Source of the DNA: Zootoca vivipara
Taxonomy: Eukaryota
Length of the DNA stretch: 64,000 bases
Assembly (NCBI RefSeq): GCF_963506605.1
Contig: NC_083280.1
Location: forward strand, 82,770,001 to 82,834,000
Direction: 5' to 3'
Shown: positions 11,901 through 25,000 of the stretch, in pieces
Position numbering within the stretch: the first letter of the stretch is position 1
Layout: every line of letters starts with the position of its first letter
Position numbers and translations under genes: made by a program
The notes under the pieces: generated by a model
What the model saw: the letters and a program-made list of their open reading frames with translations, nothing else
What the model was told of the DNA's origin: nothing
Database searches by the model: none

Positions 11901-14360
11901 TTAACTTCTTTATCAAATGGAGGAAATGACACTACACATGCTAATTTCTGTGTTTGATGGTGTATAATGGTGGTGACTAAACTATGGTCCTCCAGAGAGT
12001 CTTGGAACACAACTGATGATTGGCTTGCTGGCTGGGCTGATGGGGAGCCCAACAACGTCTGGAGAGACACAGCTGTATAGAATGAATAAACCCCTCTGAG
12101 TCTGGAGGATTTGCTGTATTTGTGGTGGTTCTTTTATGGGGATGCTTACTCGATAAAGCAACGTTGCTGTTCCGTGTTTTCTGAAATTGCTTTTTAATTG
12201 CCATTGGAGCATTTTTATGAGCATTTCCTGTTTATGTTTCTAATATCTGAACAGTACACTGCACAGTCGTCTGCTGAGTGACCAGTCGCAGCTGAAGGAG
12301 GACATGGACACTTTGAAGCGGAAGAACAGCCAGTTGGTACGAGAGCACAATCACCTCCAGCAGTCATGTGAGGAAATGAAGAGACTTCATGATGAGGATC
12401 TGAAGGAGATAACAGACCTGCGCAGTCAGCAGCAGCAGGTAGCCTCTGCCCTGTTTTTGCCTGCTGAGTTCAGCTTCTCATTTACTGTATTTTCTATTCT
12501 TTTTCCACCCCCACTTATTTCTCAAGTGTTTGTTTGGGCACTGCTGGAGAGTGTCTCTTCCATTTCATTTCTTTAACACACAGTGCTTATTTCTTTTCCT
12601 TAATTTCCATAGATTTCCTTAATTTCCATAATCCCCCCATTACTACAAGGAGTAGTTTACTTTTGATTATAACGCACACCTAGTTGTGTAAATTAGAACT
12701 GCTGCCATTTTCTGTCGCATTACAGTGGGTTACATTATCTTCGGGTTTTGCCATGCGTGTGTATACTTCTGGGTTTTGCCACATGCACAGAAGCGGCGCC
12801 TCATGTTGCGGACTTTTCTGGGTACATATGTACCCCTGGAACGAATTAAGTTCGTATCCAGAGGGTCCACTGTAATTTCTAGTAAAGTGCGCTGCTCAGT
12901 TCACACTTCTGCTGCTCTTAATTTCAGAGATGTGAAGGATGATGGGAGCTGTAATCCAACAATATCTAGAGCAGGGGTCCTCAAACTTTTTAAACAGGGG
13001 CCCGGTTCACTGTCCCTCAGACACTGTTGTGGGGCGGACTATATTTTGAAAAAAATATATGAACCAATTCCTATGCACACTGCACATACGTAGGCTCCCT
13101 TGTACCCTTGGCACAAGGGTCCCTTGCATCCTTGCCAGAGGATCTGAGCCAGAATAGACAGGTGCAATTTTTGCGCTCCCATGGGTCTGCGCCTTTTACT
13201 GAGGCCAGCCCCTGGGTACACCTCTGCTTTTTAGGCAACATAAAAGGGAAGGATTGGTCTCATTGGTTCCCAAAGGTACGAGATGGGGGCATAAAGAGCT
13301 CATTGACCTGTGCAAGTCCCACAAGCTCTTCTGTCCCATTCATTCACTGTTTTTGCTAGGCATCCGAAATGTGAATGTGAACATATTAGTAGTGTGTGAA
13401 ACTGCCCAAGCTGAACCTCCTGAAAGCACGTGATGGAGTTGATACATGGGTCCAGAACCCCAAATTATCCTCCTGTATCATAGTAGTCAGCTCCTAGGGG
13501 CTGAGGTCCCATCGTCACAACCCATAAAATATTTGAGGGAGCCTGCCCCCCGTGTTTATGGGCATTGCCATTCAAATGCTGTGTATGTGTGTGTGCAGGA
13601 TCTTGTGAACGATTATGCAGGGTGGAGCTTTCCTGACACCCACCCCAATATTTCATTCAAGTTGGCACCCCTGTTCCAAATCCAAAGGAAACGGCCTTTT
13701 GCGTGGGTCTCAGCTCTGGCTTTGCAACCTGACCCTTGTAGAGAAAGGGGGACAAGGATAGTGAGGGGTCTCTCTAATTTGCTTCCATTGCTGAAGCATG
13801 TGAAGTGTGGGGAACTGGCCAGCCTGGCCAGAGATGGGGAGCAACTTGGGTGGAGTGCGCGTAGCCTCCTTCCACCCGAGCAAGGAACACGGGAAAGCGC
13901 TTCAAGTGGAAATGGCACTGGATCCATTGTTCATTTTCGAAAGAGACCCCAAGCATAATTGCAGGGAGGTGTTGATGCATTGGGCTAGTACGCAACAGAT
14001 ATTTTAAGACAATAATGGTGGGTACGCACAGGAAAAACAGCTTAGTTAAAACTCCTCAGTCTTTTGGATAGGAAGGTTGAGCATGGAGATCCAAGATTTG
14101 CTAGGTCGTTCACCACCTGGAGCAGGAAATGCACCCGGACAGCTGTTGCAAAGCAGGTGAGATACTTCACTGCCTCTGCCACCATGGATCCCATCTTCCT
14201 TTCTTCTTCTTTTTGGAATTTATGCCATAATTGCTCAGCTTGGACATTGGTGGAGAACCACTTCCACTCCAGTCACCTACCTTTTCTGTTTCAACTACCG
14301 CAGCACCCTCTATAAACCAGAGGAAACTGTGTTCACTAAGGAGTGTTCACTAGGAGTGAA

Positions 14361-14441
<81 letters not shown>

Positions 14442-17272
14442 TAATAATATTGCTTCTATCCTTGTGCATGTGCATAGGCTGCTGCTGATCCTACCCTCTG
14501 TGCAGGGTGCTGGTTTTTACTCCAGGCCAGGCTCTTGTTAATGAATGCTGCTTATGGGAAAGTGTTGTGAAAAATCTTTGTCGAGAGCTTTTAAATAAAA
14601 ATACTCTAATAAGAAACACTGTGAACTAAAGGTCCAAAATCTGGTGCATCGGTTCTGATGCTTTCCCAAAAGTCAAAACTTGGGTGTCAAACATAATCCA
14701 TTCCGGAAGACGGTTCGACTTCCAAAATGTTTGACAACCGAGGATCAAAGGGAGGTCAACAAAGTCAATGGAGGGGGGAAACAAACAAAAACTCTCCGGA
14801 AGCCCTTCGGCTTCCGAAAATGGTTCAAAAACTGGAGCAGTTACTTCTGGGTTTTTGGCGTACAAGAACCAAAATGTATGATAACGGAGGTGTTTGGGAT
14901 CCGAGGTTTGACAGTACCAATCTTAACCTGGGGCCCCCATCATTTATTTTCATTTGGGGCGGGGTTTGCACCCTGTTTGCTCTCACCACAGTCAATAGCA
15001 AAAGAAAGAATCTGCAGCTTCTTTTCTCAGTACAGTATGTCGAAGTGAATTGCGTTGGTTTGGAACAGGAGCTACGAGTGTGCATCCATGCCTTTGTCAC
15101 TGCCCATCAGGATTAGTCTCATTCTGAATGACGTGGGGGTGGGAGGCAAACAGCAACATGTGCCTTTGTAGGTGCGTTTAGCTTGGTGTCTTTTCAACTC
15201 GTTAAAAAGGCACAAGGAGCCTGGTGGCTTAAAAGGACAGAAAGTTGGGATCAGATTACTTCCACTGACAGAGATGGCCACTGATTTTCCCGTGCAGCAG
15301 CTGACTGAGTTGTAAGTCTCTTCCTGCTTGCTGTTGCCATGGTGGCACCCTTTGGCCCAGCTCGGATTATTTACTCTTCTTCCTGTCAAGGATTTGAATG
15401 GGAGAACTCCCTCCTTGTTAAATTTTCTCTCCTCTTCTTCCACCATTATGCTCATGCCTCAACTTTTATTTATTTCCGTTAAAGAGCAAGCAGTAGAAAA
15501 CACAAATGTTTTCAGAGATGGAGATGGCTTAGCCTTTGTTTTCTATTTGTTTATTAAGGAGTTTCAGCAGAATTATTTTAAAGGGGCACAAACTTTTTTG
15601 CCCCAGTTCCCAGTGGAAGCAATTGTTTCTTCACTGCAGTCTATGCCTCTATCCCCCTTTCCAGAAGCTTCGGTTTTTAAGTGAATTTGCTGTGCCTGTA
15701 TAAGGCTGAATTGCATGTTACTTGTGCACAAATATTGACACTGTACACAAGGACAAAGTAACCTAAAAAGGGATGCAAAAGTTTGTGTGTGTTTGTACTA
15801 AATGCATTTTATAAGCATTTGGTTTGTTTTTTGTATATATACTTGCTGTAGCTCTATTATCACAGATCAAACAGCAACCTCTCTTACAGTGGTGCCTCGC
15901 AAGACGAATTTAATTCATTCCACTTGTGGCCGAATAAGATTGTCTTCCATGAACATGGTCTTACAGTGAGTCTGTAAGTTACTGTGGAGGTCAGTTCTGG
16001 ATCCACACAGCCTTTCATAGTGGGGACATAGGTTTCTGGGCAGGAGTTTATCACGGTGAGGATTTGCCAAACGTGCCTTCCTCTTCGCACGTTTCTCCCT
16101 TTCAGTGTAATAAATTAGGTGCTAAACCTTCAGGGTACTGAGTTAGTTTTACTGAAGCTCTTTGGGAAGTTCCTCTTGAGGATAACTTCACAAATTTGCT
16201 TGAATTTGCTTGAAGGGGTGATAGGTGGTGGCTTTTCTTAATTACAGTGAGCACACTCGCTATTTTGTCAATGCATTGAAGCCTTTGGTGCCCATTGGCT
16301 GAGTAGTAATGATGTCACAAATAAGAATGATGTCACAAAGAAGCTGAGCAATAGATGGAAGCTTAGGGAAAGAGAGCTCAGGGCTGAGGTTTGCTGAAGG
16401 AAAGAGAGCCTGGAAGGCTGAAGAGACAGGAGCTGGAGGAATGGGGTAAGGAGAGAAAGAGGGTGTACAGGAGAAGGGGACCCTTGAAGAGGATGCAGAG
16501 GAGCCAAGGAAATAATGAAGGGATGCAGGAACTGGGGGAAGAGGAAGAAGCCAGTGGGAGGAGGTGTTTGAAGAAACTGATTCTGTTTGGTTGCAATTGC
16601 ATTGAAAACAGTTTGGCCTTTCAAAAACTGCCAGTTCCCTACCAAAGCCAAACTATTTCCTTTCCAATAAAGAAATAAAATACTGTGGTGCCTCGCAAGA
16701 CTAATTTAATTCGTTCCGCGAGTAAATTTGTTTTGCGAAAAATTTGTCTTGCGAATCGTGGTTTCCCATAGGAATGCATTGAAATTTCTTTTTTTGTTCA
16801 TAGGAAAGCATTAATTAAATTTCAATGCATTCCTATGGGAAACCGCGATTCGCAAGACGAATTTTTTGCAAAACAAATTTGTCTTGTGAGTCACCATCAG
16901 ATCGCAAGACGCATTCGTCTTGCGAAAAATGAATTGCAGGGCATTCGTCTTGCGAGGTACCACTGTATTTGTGCCTTTTCATATATTCCTTGTGCATGAT
17001 TCCAATCCTGAGTTATAACAACAGCCAGTATGTAGTCCCATGAAGTTGGTGAGAGATAACGGTGATCCTGAAGAATAATATGCAGTCTGAAATGTAAAGA
17101 GGTGGAGTCCCCTCACCCTACCGTAAATTGCACCTCTGTAGGAAGCAAAAACCTACACTGGCTTTCCACACATATATGTTGGTGTGGAAATATGCAGTTA
17201 CTTAGTTGGTTTGGGGCTCAAACTGGAGCACCTTTTGTTTTGGGTCTGCCCTGAAATATGTGAGTTGCCAAC

Positions 17273-17309
<37 letters not shown>

Positions 17310-20300
17310 ATTATATATATAATAACAATCCAATGGTAAAACAATATCCGAGGTGACCCTTCCTGAATCCCAAAATGGTTTTCAGCCTTCTAGGGGGACA
17401 ATGGACATGATTTTCACTGCTTGACAGCTTCAAGAAAAATGCAGAAAGCAAAACCAACCCCTGTATATGGTGTTTATTGACCTGACTCATGCTTTCGACA
17501 CTGTAAATCGTAATGCCCTGTGGACTGTCCTTCTGAAAGTTGGCTGCCAAGGTAAATTTGGAAACATCATTTGGCTCCTCCATGATAATATAACAGCAAC
17601 AATTGCAGATAACAATGGCTCTCAAAGTGAACCATTCACAGTGGGATCAGGTGTTAAACAGGGTTGTGATCCTACACTTTGTCGAAAGGAAACTCCCCAC
17701 CGGAGTAGAAATCATATATCGAACAGATGGAAAGCTCTTCAATCTGAACAGGCTGAAAGCAAAAAGTAAGGTTACCATAACTTTCATCATAGAACTTCAG
17801 TATGCTGATGACAACGTAGTGTGCGCACACTCAGAGGATGACCTCCAAACCATCCTAAATATCTTTGAAGAAGCTTACAAAAAGCTTGGCTTATCACTCA
17901 ACATACAAAAAACCAAAGTACTGCACTAACAAGTACAAAATAACCCCTCCACAGCGCCACAAATCCAACTCAGTGGTGTAACGTTGAAAAATGTTGATCA
18001 CTTCTCCTACCTAGGCAGTTACCTTTCCACAAGGGCCAACATTGATGCCGAAATCCAACATCGCCTGAGCTCTGTGAGTGCGGCTTTCTCCCAATTGAAG
18101 TGCAGATTGTTTGAGGACCGGGACATTCGCAGGGAAACCAAAGTGCTTGTTTACAAAGTTATTGTACTACCAACCTTACTATATGCTTGTGAAACATGGA
18201 CCACTTATAAACACCATCTCCAACTCCTCAAAAGATTCCATCAACGGTGCCTCCGAAAAATTTTACACATCACTTGGGAAGAGAGGCGAACTAATATCAG
18301 TGTACTGGAAGAAGCAAAGATCACCAGTGTTGAAGCAATGGTTCTTCAACATCAACTTCGTTGGACTGGTCATGTTGTGCAGATGCCTGATGATCATCTT
18401 CCAAAGCAACTACTCTATTCTGAACTTAAAAATGGAAAGCATGATGCTGGTGGTCAACAAAAGAGGTTTAAAGACTGTCTCAAGGGCAAATCTTTAAAAA
18501 TGTAGTATAAACACTGACAACTGGGAAACCCTGGCCTGCGTGCGCTCCAGTTGGAGAATAGCCTTTACCAAAGGTGTCATGGGCTTCAAAGAAACTCGAT
18601 CTCAGGACGCAAGGGAGAAACGTGCTAAGAGAAGCACGCTTAGCAAATCCACACCGTGATCAACTCCCGCCTGGAAACCAATGTCCTCACTGTAGACGGA
18701 CATGTGGATCCAGAATTGGCCTCCATAGTCATGCGTAGGGGAGCTATTAGGGCCCTATTGACTCATCTTTGATTTATAAAAAACTTGCTTTATCATTAAG
18801 CTTTGGGTGAATGAGGTGGGTTGGCGCTCCCCTATAAAAGTAGACCTACTTGGGCAGGAGTTAGATTTAAGCCTGGGCACATGGTGCATCTATCTTCTTC
18901 CAAGCAAGCAGTCCATTCCTGATAAGGGACAGTTCCAGACTGTTCCTATTTTTGTGGTGGGATTCAGTCACTGACTCACACAGCCAAAGTTGTTCTTGCA
19001 CAACAGTGCCCCCCACCCCGCCAAAATCAGACTTTTCAAAGTAATAGGAAAATGCTCTGGGAAGTGTGGGGTGGCTTAACACAATGCCATCCTCATCGCC
19101 TTGCAAACTTTGTACAGACAAATGAAGATAAATGCTCACTAAAGAGGTCATCTGGAAGTGACCGAGCACAGTTTACTGTGAAGGAAGTGAACCCTTCTCT
19201 TTAGGACTACCTTAGGTCCATGTTTAGTAGGGCCTGAATGTGGCACTCTTGATTTTGTCCTCTTTTTAGAATTTGGATAGCTCATGGTCAGCTTGTCAGA
19301 CCTTAAACCTCCCCCTGGAAGCACCGTATTTACTGCGCTACAGGAGGAAAGTGTGTGCATATATGAAGTCTGTCACCCAACAGAAGGCAATCATCTAAAT
19401 CCATCCCTCCTTGATTGTGCTGGATAAGTAGTGACATTGAAACATGGAGGTTCTGTGCAGCCATAATGGCTAATTGCCATTGATAGACCTGTGCTCCATA
19501 AAGTTAACTTGATTCATTTGCCTTCAACTGCATCTAAGCTAGTGGCTGTTGCCACATCTTGTGCCAGTGAATACCAAAAGTTTTTTGTGAAACCTACATA
19601 TATAATGCCCTCCACTCACACAGAGGCGCTGGCAAGCAAGGAGGAGCAGGTTGTTGGTTCTTGATTAGTCATTCAAAAACTCAGGACCTGGGGTCTGGTT
19701 TGGACTTGCGCTGATGCTGCCAGGGCCAGTGTGTCCCGTTTTGAGGTGAAACATGAGGTGCCACCCCCCCTTGCTGCCACTCACCCTGCAGCCTCCAGCA
19801 CCAGCACCTGAGACAATTTTCCGGGGAGCTTTTGCTGAAATCTCAGAAGGCCTTGCGCAATACGTGAGAGCTCACAAGATTTTTGGCAAGATCTCACTGC
19901 AAACAGACACCAGTGCTGGTACCACTTCTCTGCCAGTGGGGGCAGGCCAATGGGGTGCCACTTCTGCTTCACCCTGCCTCATGCATGGGCCAGGCCTGGA
20001 TATTGTGCAGTGGAAAGTGATAGCAATGATGTTTGCTTCCGGGGAATGGGACTCCCACCACTCTAGTCTGAGGCTTCTTTCCCCCATGGTGTTCTTTACC
20101 AAAAGTTCTGAATGCTGTCCTTTTCAAACTGCCAAAGGGTTCTTTTTCTCTTTGAGTAGTTTATGAGCACTCTCTGGAAATAGATGCATGCCTACCAATT
20201 AACCCCGATAAACGTGTATTAACATTGACAGGACCATAAAAACAAGTGTTTCGAAAACAACCCATGCTTCCTTTGTTGAGAATATATTTTAATGGTTTTA

Positions 20301-21961
20301 GCTTAATTTTGAGCATTATGCATCTATAATAGGGCTGCAATGGACATTGTAACTGCTGTGCCACCTTGTGGTAGACTTAAACGGAACTGCAGTTGCATGT
20401 TGTATCATAATAGTGGGCAGTAGATCAAAGAAAGGGGGAGCTTGGGGCCAGGGGATGATTTTGCCATTCAGACTTAGAAGGACAGAGTGGGAGAAGATCC
20501 ATGTTCAGGAGACACCTTTAGGTGATGTATTGGAGGAAACCCCCGTGAAGAGATATTGGATTAAAAGTGTCAGAAATCAGTAGAAGAAAGGGGGAGAGTA
20601 TGTGCAAGACATTTGTATTATTTTGAAGGAATACGTCAGTAATTGTGTCAGGCAGGGCAGACCTTTCGTCTTGCTGGCAGCTTTGATGCCATGTGTAGTT
20701 TTACATCTTAACATTTGCATTACATACATGAGAGGTGTTCTGGGCCTTCTGGTGTCCAAAAGGTATATATAATCAATGATCATAGACTAACAAATTGAGT
20801 ATAAATCCCAGTGATCATGGAAGGCTAAATCTCTTAAGAGCAGACACTTGTATAGATATGGAGAGATTTCTTTTCAGAAAGGGAGGGAATATGCTGCACA
20901 AAGTCTGGGTACTGTTACTGCTGTTTGTGTTTCTTCCTGGATGTTATGGGCCTTTTTCATTCCTGGAATTCCTCTCCTATTCTGTGCTGGAGTGTTTTTT
21001 AGGAGACGACCAAAATTACTATTTTCCCCTGTATAAAGACTATATTTCCCCCCTCCCAAAAAATGTTTTAAGATTGGGGGTTGTTTTATACATGGAATGT
21101 TGCAATTATTTATTACTTAATTTTGGGCTAAAAAATAGGGGTTGTCTTACACACAGAAAAATATAATAAATCTAAAAATGTTACTCCGTTTCTCCAAGAA
21201 CTTAATTCAAGCTCTTATATGAGCATGTGTTGTGCCATGAAACCAGCTTTTCAGGGCCCTGAGGATTCTGTACAATCTCTTTGGAACGCAGCACTTGCCG
21301 CTATTTTCCTTCTGCTCACAGTTCTTTGGCCCTAACAATGTTGTAATTTTTTAAGGTGTCACGTCGTCAGCTCTTTTGAGGGCCCTAGAGAGCAGAAAAT
21401 AAAAACTCCCCTGGTTTTCCCCCCTCCTGTTTACAGTATGACTGAAGTTTATCTGCCAGGAATTCTTATTCAGAATATCTTTCGTTATTCCAGGTGATGA
21501 AGCAGAATGGGTCGTCAGAGATACTAAATAAACTCTACGATACAGCGATGGACAAGCTGGAGGGCGTGAAGAAGGATTATGACACACTTAGGAAGCGGTA
21601 CAATGAGAAGATAGCGAGTCACAATACTGATCTGAGCCGATTAGAGCAGACAGAAGAGGAGAACAGGCGACTCCAGAAGCAGATTGACATGCTGATGAAA
21701 CAGCGGGACACAGCAATACACTTCCAGCAGCAGTACTCCACCTCTCTGAGAAGGTAGAAGATTATTTTGCCACAAAGCCATTTCATTATTTATTTATTTA
21801 TTATTAGAACAAACTCAGCACTCAAGTTACCTCTCTGAACTTGTCTGACTCTTGTTGTGTCTTGGTCTTTCTGTTTCTTTGTTCATTTTTTGGTCACTCG
21901 GGATCAAAATAGACCTGATTGAGTAGCCAGACTGGAGCCATGTTTGCTCCAGTCACATATT

Positions 21962-22043
<82 letters not shown>

Positions 22044-25000
22044 TTTGTTTGTCAGGCCTGTATCCCATGATGCAAAAGACTTCTGTCCACACAATAACAC
22101 TTCCTCTTTCTCTCCTGCCCCCTCTACCCCAACCTGGTGTGCCCTCAAAATCCTCTCCTGAGGGTTGGGGAGCACATTTGGGGTTAAATGTGGAGGTAGA
22201 GAGGAAACTGAAGTCCTGCTGCAGAAGTGGAATTCTGCTTGCACAGCATTCAATATAATCATATGTGTCCCATGTCAAAGTAAAAACATCATACGTGGGT
22301 GAACTATTCCTCTCCCCTACACCATGGTTTGTGAAGTGAATTGAGCTGACAGAAAAGTGTCTGAAGTGATGGAGTCCAGAGAAGTAATCCAGGGAAGAGC
22401 TCATCTCCTTTCACCAACATCTTTTATAATGAGATGAGAATCACTGCTTCTCTCCCCCCTGAACATGTGAGCAGGGCAGTCATGTGACAAAGGAAACATG
22501 GCTGACTCTGCCACTTCTTATTTAGTCCTTTACACAGTTTAGTGTGGTGTGTAAAAGAGGAAGGAAGCTTTCATATGGCCCCCTTTCCCTTAGACTTGCT
22601 GTGACTCTCCTCCCTCCTCTCTTTAGGTTTGAGACCGTGCAGCAGGAACTGAGCAAGGCCACTGCCCAAAACAAGGAGCTACAGAGAGAGATGGAGCGTT
22701 TGCAGGCAGAAGTGACGAGGTTTAAAACAATGCAGCTGAAAGCCGTGAAGGATGCAGAGAAGTACAAGGAAGAGAGGGACTCCGTTTTCAACGAGTACCG
22801 TCTCATCATGAGCGAGAGGGATCAAGTCATCAAAGAAGTGGATAAGCTGCAAACAGAGCTGGAACTTGCCGAATCCAAATTGAAAAACACATCCTCAGAG
22901 AAAAGAGTGGCTAGTGAGGAAATGGAAGCCTTAAGACAGGTGTGGTATTGTAAGTCACTTGCTCTGGCCAGAAAGAGTTGTTCAAACCTAGTGGTGTTGC
23001 CTGTGTAACTCTGTGCAAGTTTCTAGACCAGCCTTCCTCATCCTGGTGCCCTCCAGATATTTAGAACTACATCGATAGCATAACGAAAGTTATTGCCCTC
23101 TGTGTCAATCATCCCTTAGTCAGGATTAACTTCTCTGATTTCTCTGTTACTACTTTGGGGCTGCACAGTGTTTCAACTTTTGATGCAAGCAAATATGTGT
23201 TGCAGCTTTAAAGATATTTGCTAATAGCATCTAATGCATGTTTTGTGCTGTATTATTCCTTCTTATGCATGGCACAGGCTTTCAAAAATTAAGTGTGTTT
23301 TCATTAAGAGAAAGACTTTCTTGTACACTTAACGTACCTCCAATGATGGATTTTTATTTTATTTCAGGAGCTGAACTCTGCTCTAGTGGAACGAGATCGA
23401 GCAATCTGTGAAAGGAATGAGCTCTTGGAAAAGTACTGCCATGAAGTGAAAGACAAGGCTGAAGCCCAGAAGGAGCTGGATCAAGCCTGCAAGGATATTG
23501 AGACGGTGAAGGAAGAGAGAGATGTGGCTAGGAAGGAAAGAACGGAAGCCATCATCCAGAGAGATCATCTACTGAGAGAGTACTATCAAGCTCGCCAGGT
23601 AGAGGCAAAGTTTGCAAGTTTATGCTTCCTCTTGCACTCATTGAGGACTCTTTGTGCAATCACCTATCACAAGGAAGCTCATCAATAGAGTTTCTCATTT
23701 GGGTTCTACAGAGGGTAAAGGGAACAGAAAATAAGGGGGAAAGCCTTGGTTGAAAGAGGCAATAATCATTTTAAAAATTGCAGGGCTGGTGGGTTTTCTC
23801 TCCCTCCTCCCCTTCTTCTCCACCTGCAGCCCCTATCAGTATATGCTTTTTATTTAAGTGACAATCTGGCAAATGGCAAGGATAGAGGTGGGAAAAGGAT
23901 GTGACTCAGTAGACATTGGGCTGGGTTCAGTGTGAGTTGCTGTTCAAATCATTGTAGTTGCTGTTCAAATTATTGTAGAGTTTAAGTCGTATTATCATTA
24001 GGTGATGAATGAGTCCCCTAGCTCTCTTTTGCGTGTACCTTTGTGAAATCCACGTTTGTCATGTGCCTGTATTACATTATTATGCACATAACTAAAAACA
24101 TAAAATTGTTAATCTGCTTCCACTCCTTGGCTACTCAAAATTTTACATCTGTCGTCTAGTTGAGATATTAAAGAGATTCTCTCTTTTCAAATTTCTCACT
24201 TGATTTGGGCATTCTGAATTACCCATCCTTGCTTCCAGAGTACATTAATAATCTCTCATTTGTCTGTTATTTATTTATTTTCCTATTCAGCCTGCTAGGA
24301 ATGCATAATTTGCCGTAGTTTTTGGTTTGTCTCTATCTTCTAGGTTGCAAGAACGTACTAGTGCATGCACATTGTGATTAAATTAGTGTACAAAAAGGAA
24401 TATTGAAGTTTCCCACAAATCTCACCATTTTCTACTTCACACTGATATAATCAGTGGACATACTTTTTTAAAATATCATTTTCTCGAATCATTTTGATTC
24501 CAAGAAAATTAAGGTGGTGTACAACAAACAACTCCTGCCATCTTAGCAGTTTGAAAGCACGTCAAAGTGCATGTAGATAAATAGATACCGCTCCGGCGGG
24601 AAGGTAAACAGCGTTTCCGTGCACTGCTCTGGTTCACCAGAAGTGGCTTAGTCATGCTGGCCACATGACCCGGAAGCTGTACACTGGCTCTCTCGGCCAG
24701 TAAAGTGAGATGAGCCCCGGAACCCCAGAGTAGTTCGCAACTGGACCTAACAGTCAGGGGTCCCTTTACCTTTACAACAAACAAAGATGCAATTAAAAAT
24801 AAAAACATTCAAAATAAAAAAGAAATGATGCACAAGTAAAACAAAAGCGTAATGTAGCAGGCATCTTACAAACAGTTCAGTAACAGCAATTGGTAGTCAT
24901 GGGTGTCAGAAACCTGAGTGACTAAATACACATGCACACACTGGTGGTGTTCAGTAACCTTTAAGAAAAAATGTGCATGAAGTATTGAAAGCTGACAAAT

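Noticed and set aside
13446-14315. 170-aa and overlapping ORFs in intron 5
   Set aside because: No recognisable domain or splice structure in any frame.
21894-22404. ORFs with [16 protein letters not shown] runs
   Set aside because: Translations of the (CT)n(GT)n microsatellite.
24291-24400. Acceptor-like sites (cctattcag, tcttctag) suggesting a terminal exon or microexon after exon 7b
   Set aside because: The first stops after 5 codons with only a weak ATTAAA; the second has no credible donor.
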